Below are positions 12,791 to 25,393 of a stretch of DNA of 64,000 nucleotides, one piece after another. Below the pieces are notes generated by a model that ran no database searches, was not told the origin of the DNA, and was given only the letters and a program-made list of their open reading frames with translations. Both the position numbers and the translations under genes were made by a program. The stretch comes from Octopus vulgaris. Lineage: Eukaryota. The first letter of the stretch is position 1. The number at the start of each line of letters is the position of its first letter. The stretch is from positions 26,536,001 through 26,600,000 of the forward strand of contig OX597837.1 of NCBI GenBank assembly GCA_951406725.2, written 5' to 3'.

Positions 12791-15328
12791 ATATCAAGTC
12801 ATCCAGTCAGTTCTGTCCAATTTTACCTGTTTTTTTAGATTTGAATGAAATTTAATAGTATTTGCAAATGTCTAATTCAATTAAAAATTATTTTTATGCA
12901 TTTGTGTACGTTTAAACTAATTCAATATTGTTTTACATAATAATAGACGGTGTCCACAAAGTCTGCGTACATGGGAATTAACACATACTTTTAAAACAAA
13001 ACAATTTTATTTAATTATAATGTTAATAAATAATATTTTCAAAGTGATTTCCATCATTTTCAATGCATAACTTGATGCACCTTGCAAAATTCAGGTGAAC
13101 TTGATTAAATAAGTCTACATTGCCATCAATTTCAGCACACTGACTGGTAATGCGTTCTCTCGTGTGTTTTAAATCTGTAATCTTTATTGAGTAAACTTTC
13201 TCTTTCAACATACCCCAGAAAAAGAAATCAAGGGGAGAAAGGTCTGGTGAACGAGGGGACCATTCCATATGACCCCTTCTTCCAATCTAGTGAGGGGGAA
13301 AAGTGTCATTAAATCAATCTCTAACAGTTGTGGCAAAATGAGTAGGGGCCCCATCCTGCTGAAACCAATTCGGAAGGCCCTCGCCTAGGCGCTCAATTTA
13401 AGATATTAATTTGTCTCTCAATATATTTGCATAAGTCTCATCCGTTACATGTTCAATGAAGAAGGGTCCTAGAACATGAGCTTTCCAAAAACCACACCAC
13501 ACCATCACCTTTTTGCTGTCTTGCTGTTTGGATAGATCCATCCAATGTGGATTACCTCGAGACCAGTATAGAATATTCTGTCTGTTGACCTCACCATTTA
13601 CATAAAACGTAGCTTTGTCACTGAACAACACAAAGTTTTTCGTAAAATTGATATTTTCATCCAATTTATCTGAAAACCATTCGCACGTCTACATTCGTCT
13701 ATCAGGATCGTCTTCATTTAAGTGATGCAATATCTGTAGGTTGTATCGATGAAACTTTTCCTCAACCAGCATTTTGTGGATGGTTGGTTTTGGAACACCT
13801 AACACCGTAGATGTCCGACGAAGTGATTTTTTGGGGCTAGCTAGCAGAAACTTTAGCCTCGACAGCCTCTTTAGTTTCATCTGAAGTCTTTGGTCGCCCG
13901 GAACGGGGTTTATCCGAAACACTGCCTGTTTCTTTAAATGTCTTGATCAATTTCCTGACGGCAGTAAAATAAATAGGTTGCCTACAAGGGTGTAGAAGAT
14001 TAAATTCTTCCGCAATTTTGCGATAAGACCATCCCTCTCGTCCACTTAATAATACAAACTCGATTCTTTCTTCTTTAGACAGATTCATCATTCGATCTGG
14101 GATTCTTTCTTCTGTAGAAAAAATAACAAATAAATTTAGAAAAGTAAAGTATTTTTTAATTTAATTTAAACAAAAGTAAAAAAGGAAAATTATTATTTCT
14201 TATGTTATGATTTTATTCCATAAACCCAGACTTCGTGGACACCCTAAAATTGCTTTGATTAAAACCCCTTTCAACATGGAAGTATCCAAGGAGCATTTAA
14301 GGCACATATAATTCTTTATGAGTACAATAAAGGTAACTCTGCTGCCGAAGTGACTCGAAACATACACTCAGTTTATGGCAAAGTGCTCGAATGAAAGAAC
14401 TTGCAGGAGATCGTCTGCAAAATTGAAGATGAATATCGAACAGGATGTCCAGTTGAGTTTGACAAGCTCCTTGAGGCATTATCAGTTGAAGAATTGGCAA
14501 TAAAGCTTACTTCAAACCATACAACAGTTCATCGTCATCTACAACAACGTGGAAAGATTCCTAAACTTGGAAAATAGGTGCCTTATGTATTGTCCGAAAG
14601 CAACCGCAAATCCCGAGTTGACATCTGCTCTTCTCTCCATTCTCGCAAACTCATTTCACCATTTTTCGATAGACTTGTGATGAAAAATGGATTTTCTATC
14701 GAAATGTTAGACGTCGTAAACAGTGGCTTGGTAAAAGGGAAAATTCTCAACCACAACCGAGAAGGGAACTTCATGAGAAAAAGGTTCTACTCTATCTGGT
14801 GCGATTGCAAAGGCGTAACTCACTTTATATTGTTACCACCTAATGCAGCAATCAATGCTCAAGTCTACTGTCAGCAATTAGAGCGTTTGAACCAAGCTTT
14901 GAAGGAAAAAAGAGCCGCTTTAGTGAGTCGAAAACGAGTGATGTTTCATCAGGACAATGCGCAACCCCACACTGCAAAGATCACATCACAGAAGATCGAA
15001 GGGGTCGGTTTGGAAAAATTTCTTCATCCAACTTATTCTCCCGACCTTACTCCTTCAGGATACCATTTGTTTCATAGTTTACAGAATTAGTAGGGGGATA
15101 CAACTTTCGCAAGCCAGGGGGAGGTCGAACCTGACATTTCAGAGTTCTTCGCTTTGAAACCAAAAGAGTTTTACGTTGATGGGATTAAAAAGCTTGTAAA
15201 TAGATGGAGGTAAGTCATAGATAATTAGGGAAAGTACATTGATGATTAACTTTCAATTAAATATAACATTTGATCACTTGTATTATTTATCCAAAATTCA
15301 GACAGAACTTATGGGATGATCTGAGATA
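12791..15328 (+). mobile_element. Decayed mariner (DD34D type), with a DD41D element inserted in its 5' region
   Basis: 5' TIR tatcaagtcatcc..agttctgtccaatttt (~12791) pairs with aaaattcagacagaacttatgggatgatctg (15293-15328); coding relic from 14276 (MEVSKEHLRHIILYEY) with FHQDNAQPHT and HPTYSPDLTPSGYHLF. Confidence 0.8.
12946..14246 (-). mobile_element. Decayed Tc1/mariner element of the DD41D (rosa/Visitor) family
   Basis: Imperfect ~28-bp TIRs (ggtgtccacaaagtctg / cagacttcgtggacaccc); relic reads KPRSGRP, VLFSD.ATF, QQDGAP..WSPRSPDLSPLD with 41 codons between the 2nd and 3rd Asp; stops and frameshifts. Confidence 0.85.
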
Positions 15329-15721
15329 TATACACTGGCGAAAATATATTTAAGACAGACGATAAAAGTTCTATTTCTTACAAAATATTTTGTTACTAAC
15401 ACCATACAAATTATTTTTATCTTCTACACCTTATGCAAAATTTATTTCGCTTTCGAATAATGCAGACAATAACCATTTTTATACAACTTGAAGAATTCTA
15501 ATGCTAAATATAATTTTAATGGAGATAACCTGCAGTATATAGTACAACATTTTTGTCTCCGTATATGAGCTAAGTATTAATAAAATGTGGTATACGATAA
15601 AAATTTCGGATATTTGTCTTAAAACATTCAGACAAGAAAATTCAGATGTAGCACATGAGGTATTATTCCATACGAATATCCACATATTTATATTAAGAAT
15701 TTCATGATAAAAATATAGAAA

Positions 15722-16291
15722 TATTGGGTTGTCCGAAAGTTCTTGCAGATTTATAGTAGCTTATCTTTCGACTTATTTTAGAACATGTTTGAGTCCATAA
15801 AATAGGATTTGACTACACCTCCATTTGGAGCACAGTTTAATCTATCTTTTCGTGGAAGAAGGTTTATGTTCCAATAACCTGTGTTCATTCTGTAACCCTT
15901 TAAATTAAAAGATGAGAAAAATTCATTATCGGCATTTGATGCTTTGGGAACCAGACAAAAATTGCTGCAGCTTGGCTGGGGTGACTTACCCCACCCTCCA
16001 TATTCACCAGATATTACTCCTTCGGATTTCCACTTATTCAGGTCTCTGCAGAATAGTCTTAATGGTGAAAATTTCAATTCCTTAGATGACGTAAAAAGAT
16101 ACCTTGATGAATTATTTGCCTTGAAACCACCCCAATTCTGGGAAGAGGGTATTTTTAAGGTAAATGTAAGATGGAGACGTATTGTGCAACGAAATGGTTC
16201 AGATTTGGTTGATTAAAAATGTAATGGCAAGTATTTAGTGACCATGTACTTTCCTTTAAAAATCGGAACGAACTTTCCGGACAACCCAATA
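15722..16291 (+). mobile_element. Internally deleted mariner
   Basis: TIRs tattgggttgtccg.aaagttc / gaactttccggacaacccaata; ORF 15944-16216 contains LPHPPYSPDITPSDFHLF. Confidence 0.85.
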
Positions 16292-16742
16292 TAAACATGA
16301 AAAATAAAAACCTAAATTGAAAGAGGCGATTCAAATTTTTTCCTAACCTGCAGCCGTTTGTTGTACGAAGTATTCGAAATTCAGCCCTCCTTCCTCAGGG
16401 TTCCTTTCTCGGGGTAAAATCCAGCAGAAAGCAGTAAGGCACTACATAGTGAGTATTCAAGCGGTGAAAGTTCAGTTTTTGAGTATCGATTGTTTTATTA
16501 TTACCCACAAGGGGCCAACAAAGAGGGGACAATACAACCTGATGTGGGGTCAGATTCACGAATGAGGTTACAAAAGTATGAGTTTAAAAATTCCAAAAAT
16601 TCACAAAAATTGCAAAAATTATAAAAATCGAATGAGAAAAAACAGACCGGAAGACACTACAGGTGGAGTGGGGGCGGGTTCAGCTCGGACCCCACGAGCC
16701 CCGCCTCACCACTGATACTTTTGGTTTCGTTTTGATCTACAT

Positions 16743-19700
16743 TTATGTGGTGTCATCCATTCTCAACTTCCGTGCTACATCCTTCCATCGTTCTTCATAC
16801 ACTCTTTTAGTCAGGCATTTTCTCTCCAGCCCTATCTTCCTTTTCAGGTGGTAGATGAAGTAATTCATCAACCCAGGGCCGGATATGAACTTGCCTGACC
16901 GTATACCTTTCATTCTCGTCTTCCATATCACCTCCTTCGCAATTGCTACCACAACGAGAAAACAAGTCTTACCTTCTTTCGCGAGGAAATCTGGTGGGTC
17001 AATTTTTTTAATACACTCAGTCGACAGCTGTACTCTTCGTGTGCTTGACAACAGCTGTTCGGCATAAACCCACACCTCAGACACGTCCGAACAATGAACA
17101 ATAGCGTGCGGGACGGTTTCCCTATCCCGCCCGTATCTTGGACACATCGGACTGTCTTGGCCACCGTGCCTTGCGAGTTTATCCCGAACAGGTAGAGCTC
17201 CTCTGTAGCATTGCCATGCCAGAGACTTCTGGAAGTTGTCCAGAGTCTTCGGCTCGAACGTACGTCGGAACAGACTAGCCAGCTGATTATCGTCGAGACC
17301 CAGGGTTTCCCCCAAGGTGTCTTCACATTCCGCCTCTACCAACCCTCTATAGAAGAATGTGGTGGAACCCCCACCGCAGGCGTTGCCCGAGCGACGGAAT
17401 AGCAGGAGGGCCTTTCGACACTCCGTATACCATGTACCGAGTTTCGATCTACGATTCAACCAGGTTTCCCATCCACCGAAACTAGTGAACTTGGGAAACA
17501 TCAGTTTTGCTAACGGAGACCACACCCGTTCACCATCCAGGTAGAGCCACAGATGTCTTAACCTCAGCGCATGTCTGCGCATCATCAGCCAAGGCATCCC
17601 TAGCCCACCCTTTAACGGTTGTTGACAGCAAGTAGAGCGTTTCACAAGTGGTTTCCTGCCCTTCCACAGGAAGTAGAAGAGCTGTCTTTCCAACTTGGTC
17701 AACCACGAATCAGGGCATGGAACGACGGAAAGGCGGTAGATGATAACCGATGCGATAAACACATTGGCCACCTCCGCCCTCCCTTTCAAGGATAGCCACC
17801 GCCAAGACCAGGTCTTGGCTACTGCAGCCACCTTGCTCGTTACCTCGCCCCAATTCTTCTCTATTTGGAGGTCTGGACCGAACCAGACCCCTAGCAGTTT
17901 AATCGGACCCTCCGTCCAACGTCCCACGACGCTGTCAGGAGGCATCGACTTGCCTCTCCAGGTGCCGAGTTGCAAGCCGACTGACTTTTCGCGATTAACT
18001 TTTGCTCCTGTCACCGTCTCGTAATCCTCTATGGCCTTGCCTACTTTACATAGGTGGTCCATTTCGGTCACGATGATGGTGATGTCGTCCGCGTACGCTG
18101 ACACTGATTTTCCATTACCTGGCTGTCTCGGGATGCCGCTCAGTTTTCGCAGTAATGGCTCAAGAGCCATCACGTACAAAAGCGGGGAGAGCGGACACCC
18201 TTGACGAACCGAGCGTTTGATTTTGAACGGCTTCGACAAGAAGCCGTTCACCCGAACTACCGAGTCGATGTTGTCGTAAATTTGGATAATCCACCTGAGG
18301 AAGCCAAGGCCCAGCCCGAACTGTGCCAGAGCAGACACCAGGTAACGATGGTCGACCCTATCAAAAGCTTTGGATTGGTCTAAATGGACCAGTGCCCCAC
18401 CCTTGCCAGAATCACTATTAAACCCCTCTATAGTGTACCGCATTAGATGGAGATTATCCTGAATGGTTCTGCCCGGAACGGCACATGTCTGTGCCTCCCC
18501 GATCAGACCATCCGCGACACGCGCCAATCTTTTCGATAACACTTTGGCCAAAATCTTCAACTCTGTGTTTAGCAGAGTGATGGGCCTGAAATTATCAATG
18601 CACTCCCCCTTGCTCGGGTCCTTTCTGACGAGAGTCACCACTCCCCGGCGCACAGATCTGGGTATCAACCCGTTCTGCTGCCAGTTCGCATAGACTTCCG
18701 CCAGTAGGTGCCCGAACAAGTCTGGCATATTCTTATATAACTCGTAGGGTAGACCATCCAAACCCGGCGCCTTGCCCGCGCCGCAGTCCGCCATTGCCTC
18801 CACCACCTCCTCAGGCGTGATTGGCCCTTCACAGCCCTCCGCATCTCGCCCCGATAAGCGCGGCAGCCCGTCGAGTAGGTCCGTAAAGGCCCTCCTCCTA
18901 TCCAGTCCGCCGCACTCACCGAAAAGCTGAGCGAAGTGCTCCTGAAAGGCCTCACACATCTCCTCGGGTTCGTCTATCAACTCACCTTGTTGGTTCTTCA
19001 AAGATCGAATCGTGGCATCGTTGCCATTCCGGGCTTCCACCACTCGGGCCCATCTCACGGCGTTGATTCCTTCACATCCCATATGACGGATTCTAGCCCT
19101 GACAATGCAGCCCATGTGTTTGGCCTCGAGGTGCTGGTTTAACACCAGTCTCTTGGACGCCACCTGAGCCGCAGAGCCAGTTTTCATGGCTTCCTCTAAT
19201 TCCTTAACTAGAGTAGTTTCCCTTCTAGCCTCTCTAGACACTACTCCTATGCTATATCTAATAGACTCAAACTTGATGGCTCGTTTGAGGGCGTACCACC
19301 ATTTGTTATTAATGATGGCACCAGACAGCGCCCTCTGAATTATGGTCCTCATCCGGTCTCTGTACTCCTTAATCGCCAAAAGGGACGTATTAAGTTTCCA
19401 GTAACCGGATCCTCTCTTTCTAACCTTATCTATGTCAAGCTTACAAGTGACCATTTTATGATCACTGTAGCTGATCGGGTAAAACTGTGGACGCTTAGCT
19501 ATTTTACTGTCTACCTTTCTAATTAGAATTCTATCTATGTATGTCCTGGAAGATCCGTCGCTGTTTGACCATGTCCACAATGGAGCGTTCGGAAATTCCA
19601 ACCTATAAGGATCTGCTAGCTCAAAGCGGCTTAGCAGTTCCAGGAAGCATGGGTTACCTTTTCTATCATTCGAGCCAACACAATCTACATCCGCTTTGCA

Positions 19701-20137
19701 AATTGTGTTAAAGTCTCCTAGCACAACTATTGAATGCGAAGTACCGAGAAAGTTCTCTAGATCACGAAAATAATCACTTTGCCCTTTATTACTGCAGGGT
19801 GCGTAAATTGCAACCAGTCTGATAACTTTACCGTTACTGAACGTCAAATCCATGACGACCAGCCTACCTTCTGGGTCTGAAAAATTAACTTTTTCTCAAA
19901 AACCCGGTTTCTTTTTAGTAGGACCAACACCCCACTCCCGCCTGCAGGACTGCCAGGAGAGAAAAAACTCTCGTAGCCGTCAAACAGTGGGAGTAGATCT
20001 CTTGGCCCCTTTAACCGGGTTTCTGTAGCAACAATAACATCCAAATTGCGCGACCTGATATCATTAAGGAAGCGACCTTGCTTCCCGCTTGATCCCAGTC
20101 CGCGCACATTTAAACAACCAACACAAATGTAGTCCAT
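16743..20137 (-). CDS. Tx1-like ORF2 (AP endonuclease, reverse transcriptase, C-terminal zinc motif), copy 1; 1-bp indel in an A run near 19880
   Basis: NVRGL, GDFN, SDH, YWKLN, KAPGLDG, RPITLLN, KAFDRV, RQGCPLSP, YADD; split into ORFs 19844-20140 and 16743-19853. Confidence 0.9.
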
Positions 20138-20145
20138 CACTTACC

Positions 20146-21475
20146 TTATATCGGTAGTTTGGCTTGTTCGGCAGTTTCGCCTTCTTCTTCATTTTTTTTT
20201 CCTTGGCTCGTGGGGAGTCCGACGTAGGCCCTCGTATAGATATGGAGACATGTCCAGTCTCAGAGGGCCCACGTCGTGGAAGAACTCGGATTTTATCCTC
20301 CTGTAGTCCTTCCGGCCTATTTTGTATATGATGAAGTCTTTCATCTTCCTTATACGTTCCACCTTGGCCATGGCTGCCAACACATTGACAAGTCTGTTGT
20401 TAGTAGCCTTAATGGCCATAAATGAAGAAGTAACCTCTTTCCTTTTCTTCAGGTTTTCTTCTTCTTGAGGGGTGGTTTCAGTTTTCCGTTTTTTTTTGGT
20501 AACTTTAGACCACCCCTCCTCTTTTTCGTTTTCTTTTTCCTTTTCTGCAGCTTTTTCCACCTCTTTGGTTTCCTTTTTTCCTCCGTTTCTTCTTTCTCCG
20601 ACGGTTCTTCTGCCTGCGGTTTCGGTTGACACTCCGCTCTCACGTGCCCCTTCTTTCCGCAGCCGAAGCACCTCGGTTTTCTTCCTTCTACAAATACTAG
20701 AACTCGCTCCTCCTCATCTAGCCTCAGCACCTCTGGTATTTCTTCCAGAGTCTGGGCCTCTGCTTGTATAGCCATTGTTATGATCTGGCCCTGCCAAAAT
20801 CCCTCCTCCTCCACTGTAGCTTGGAGGATGTTGATTTTTTCTTTCAGGCCCAGCATCACTGCCGCCACCAGGCATGAGGCGTCTGCCTCTGGGGGAATAT
20901 TTCTCATTACTATCTTTGAAGTCCTTCTTCCTTTGTACAAGGGTAGAAGGACTAGATTTCCCGCTTTCTGAGGTTCTGTAGATAGCCTCTTAGCTATTTC
21001 TTCGGTCCTGAACCTCACTTCTACTGTTCCGAACCGTCTTCCTCTGTTTATATAAGTGATATCTTTTCTGATTGTCTTCAGGCACTCCTCTATTTTACAT
21101 TCTTCCACTTTTTGTATGCTTTTTGTAGTCATGCTGTATGTCTTGTAGATAATTCTTTTCTTTTCAATCTCTTCCTTTTTTTCCATATCTTTTTTCACTG
21201 CAATTTCATTTCCTTCTTTCTTTAGAAGGTCTTCATATTTCTCTAGGTTTTCTATATCTATGTTTTTCTGTTTGCGTCCAACAACTTCCGCAAACTTCTT
21301 TGCTGGGGCCTTTTGTCCTGGCGTTACCGCCGATTCTTTTTCCGGTGTCACCGCCGGCGTGCTTCTCTCACCCGAGGTTTGAGATTCTTCATCACCTGAG
21401 ATAGGTGAATAGGTAATGGGGAAATCCATTTCGAATTTTTCTTCCAGTTTGCATTCACTGCCTTCCAAAGACATT
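20146..21475 (-). CDS. Tx1-like ORF1 (gag-like, zinc knuckle), copy 1; homopolymer frameshifts near 20580 and 20200
   Basis: CFGCGKKGHVRAEC knuckle; colinear with the intact ORF1 of copy 2. Confidence 0.8.
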
Positions 21476-21987
21476 CTGGCTTTGCAGCCGTTAGTAGAAA
21501 ATATTTTTTTTTTTTTTTTTTTTTTTTGTTTTTGGATGTGTTTCGTACACGAAGGCACACAATAATTCCCCCGCGGGGGAGGAACTACGTACACAACTTT
21601 CGCGCGAAGGCCACTAACCGTCTTATTGAAAAGACACAAAATAACAATATTAACACAGCAACAATAAACTACTAACTTTCAATTCAACAACAATATTTCA
21701 GACAAAAAACTCACGTTTCGTTTTTGAGTATCTATTGTTTTATTATTACCCACAAGGGGCCAACAAAGAGGGGACAATACAACCTGATGTGGGGTCAGAT
21801 TCACGAATGAGGTTACAAAAGTATGAGTTTAAAAATTCCAAAAATTCACAAAAATTGCAAAAATTATAAAAATCGAATGAGAAAAAACAGACCGGAAGAC
21901 ACTACAGGTGGAGTGGGGGCGGGTTCAGCTCGGACCCCACGAGCCCCGCCTCACCACTGATACTTTTGGTTTCGTTTTGATCTACAT

Positions 21988-24900
21988 TTATGTGGTGTCA
22001 TCCATTCTCAACTTCCGTGCTACATCCTTCCATCGTTCTTCATACACTCTTTTAGTCAGGCATTTTCTCTCCAGCCCTATCTTCCTTTTCAGGTGGTAGA
22101 TGAAGTAATTCATCAACCCAGGGCCGGATATGAACTTGCCTGACCGTATACCTTTCATTCTCGTCTTCCATATCACCTCCTTCGCAATTGCTACCACAAC
22201 GAGAAAACAAGTCTTACCTTCTTTCGCGAGGAAATCTGGTGGGTCAATTTTTTTAATACACTCAGTCGACAGCTGTACTCTTCGTGTGCTTGACAACAGC
22301 TGTTCGGCATAAACCCACACCTCAGACACGTCCGAACAATGAACAATAGCGTGCGGGACGGTTTCCCTATCCCGCCCGCATCTTGGACACATCGGACTGT
22401 CTTGGCCACCGTGCCTTGCGAGTTTATCCCGAACAGGTAGAGCTCCTCTGTAGCATTGCCATGCCAGAGACTTCTGGAAGTTGTCCAGAGTCTTCGGCTC
22501 GAACGTACGTCGGAACAGACTAGCCAGCTGATTATCGTCGAGACCCAGGGTTTCCCCCAAGGTGTCTTCACATTCCGCCTCTACCAACCCTCTATAGAAG
22601 AATGTGGTGGAACCCCCACCGCAGGCGTTGCCCGAGCGACGGAATAGCAGGAGGGCCTTTCGACACTCCGTATACCATGTACCGAGTTTCGATCTACGAT
22701 TCAACCAGGTTTCCCATCCACCGAAACTAGTGAACTTGGGAAACATCAGTTTTGCTAACGGAGACCACACCCGTTCACCATCCAGGTAGAGCCACAGATG
22801 TCTTAACCTCAGCGCATGTCTGCGCATCATCAGCCAAGGCATCCCTAGCCCACCCTTTAACGGTTGTTGACAGCAAGTAGAGCGTTTCACAAGTGGTTTC
22901 CTGCCCTTCCACAGGAAGTAGAAGAGCTGTCTTTCCAACTTGGTCAACCACGAATCAGGGCATGGAACGACGGAAAGGCGGTAGATGATAACCGATGCGA
23001 TAAACACATTGGCCACCTCCGCCCTCCCTTTCAAGGATAGCCACCGCCAAGACCAGGTCTTGGCTACTGCAGCCACCTTGCTCGTTACCTCGCCCCAATT
23101 CTTCTCTATTTGGAGGTCTGGACCGAACCAGACCCCTAGCAGTTTAATCGGACCCTCCGTCCAACGTCCCACGACGCTGTCAGGAGGCATCGACTTGCCT
23201 CTCCAGGTGCCGAGTTGCAAGCCGACTGACTTTTCGCGATTAACTTTTGCTCCTGTCACCGTCTCGTAATCCTCTATGGCCTTGCCTACTTTACATAGGT
23301 GGTCCATTTCGGTCACGATGATGGTGATGTCGTCCGCGTACGCTGACACTGATTTTCCATTACCTGGCTGTCTCGGGATGCCGCTCAGTTTTCGCAGTAA
23401 TGGCTCAAGAGCCATCACGTACAAAAGCGGGGAGAGCGGACACCCTTGACGAACCGAGCGTTTGATTTTGAACGGCTTCGACAAGAAGCCGTTCACCCGA
23501 ACTACCGAGTCGATGTTGTCGTAAATTTGGATAATCCACCTGAGGAAGCCAAGGCCCAGCCCGAACTGTGCCAGAGCAGACACCAGGTAACGATGGTCGA
23601 CCCTATCAAAAGCTTTGGATTGGTCTAAATGGACCAGTGCCCCACCCTTGCCAGAATCACTATTAAACCCCTCTATAGTGTACCGCATTAGATGGAGATT
23701 ATCCTGAATGGTTCTGCCCGGAACGGCACATGTCTGTGCCTCCCCGATCAGACCATCCGCGACACGCGCCAATCTTTTCGATAACACTTTGGCCAAAATC
23801 TTCAACTCTGTGTTTAGCAGAGTGATGGGCCTGAAATTATCAATGCACTCCCCCTTGCTCGGGTCCTTTCTGACGAGAGTCACCACTCCCCGGCGCACAG
23901 ATCTGGGTATCAACCCGTTCTGCTGCCAGTTCGCATAGACTTCCGCCAGTAGGTGCCCGAACAAGTCTGGCATATTCTTATATAACTCGTAGGGTAGACC
24001 ATCCAAACCCGGCGCCTTGCCCGCGCCGCAGTCCGCCATTGCCTCCACCACCTCCTCAGGCGTGTGATTGGCCCTTCACAGCCCTCCGCATCTCGCCCCG
24101 ATAAGCGCGGCAGCCCGTCGAGTAGGTCCGTAAAGGCCCTCCTCCTATCCAGTCCGCCGCACTCACCGAAAAGCTGAGCGAAGTGCTCCTGAAAGGCCTC
24201 ACACATCTCCTCGGGTTCGTCTATCAACTCACCTTGTTGGTTCTTCAAAGATCGAATCGTGGCATCGTTGCCATTCCGGGCTTCCACCACTCGGGCCCAT
24301 CTCACGGCGTTGATTCCTTCACATCCCGTATGACGGATTCTAGCCCTGACAATGCAGCCCATGTGTTTGGCCTCGAGGTGCTGGTTTAACACCAGTCTCT
24401 TGGACGCCACCTGAGCCGCAGAGCCAGTTTTCATGGCTTCCTCTAATTCCTTAACTAGAGTAGTTTCCCTTCTAGCCTCTCTAGACACTACTCCTATGCT
24501 ATATCTAATAGACTCAAACTTGATGGCTCGTTTGAGGGCGTACCACCATTTGTTATTAATGATGGCACCAGACAGCGCCCTCTGAATTATGGTCCTAATC
24601 CGGTCTCTGTACTCCTTAATCGCCAAAAGGGACGTATTAAGTTTCCAGTAACCGGATCCTCTCTTTCTAACCTTATCTATGTCAAGCTTACAAGTGACCA
24701 TTTTATGATCACTGTAGCTGATCGGGTAAAACTGTGGACGCTTAGCTATTTTACTGTCTACCTTTCTAATTAGAATTCTATCTATGTATGTCCTGGAAGA
24801 TCCGTCGCTGTTTGACCATGTCCACAATGGAGCGTTCGGAAATTCCAACCTATAAGGATCTGCTAGCTCAAAGCGGCTTAGCAGTTCCAGGAAGCATGGG

Positions 24901-25385
24901 TTACCTTTTCTATCATTCGAGCCAACACAATCTACATCCGCTTTGCAAATTGTGTTAAAGTCTCCTAGCACAACTATTGAATGCGAAGTACCGAGAAAGT
25001 TCTCTAGATCACGAAAATAATCACTTTGCCCTTTATTACTGCAGGGTGCGTAAATTGCAACCAGTCTGATAACTTTACCGTTACTGAACGTCAAATCCAT
25101 GACGACCAGCCTACCTTCTGGGTCTGAAAAAATTAACTTTTTCTCAAAAACCCGGTTTCTTTTTAGTAGGACCAACACCCCACTCCCGCCTGCAGGACTG
25201 CCAGGAGAGAAAAAACTCTCGTAGCCGTCAAACAGTGGGAGTAGATCTCTTGGCCCCTTTAACCGGGTTTCTGTAGCAACAATAACATCCAAATTGCGCG
25301 ACCTGATATCATTAAGGAAGCGACCTTGCTTCCCGCTTGATCCCAGTCCGCGCACATTTAAACAACCAACACAAATGTAGTCCAT
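21988..25385 (-). CDS. Tx1-like ORF2, copy 2; 2-bp insertion near 24063
   Basis: ORFs 23910-25388 (APE) and 21988-24051 (RT, YADD, CPRCG..ETVPHAIVHC). Confidence 0.9.
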
Positions 25386-25393
25386 CACTTACC

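Larger units (their letters stand above)
16491..21719 (-). mobile_element. Full-length L1/Tx1-clade LINE, copy 1
   Basis: ORF1 with CCHC knuckle plus ORF2 with APE, RT and cysteine-rich domain; bounded by gtttttgagtatc(g/t)at at 16475-16490 and 21720-21735. Confidence 0.95.

Noticed and set aside
16663-19142. Plus-strand and alternate-frame ORFs inside the LINE
   Set aside because: Short shadows of GC-richer coding sequence, duplicated only because the LINE is duplicated.
19870-19890. Programmed frameshift in ORF2
   Set aside because: The other copy is open here; a homopolymer indel is more likely a sequencing error or mutation.
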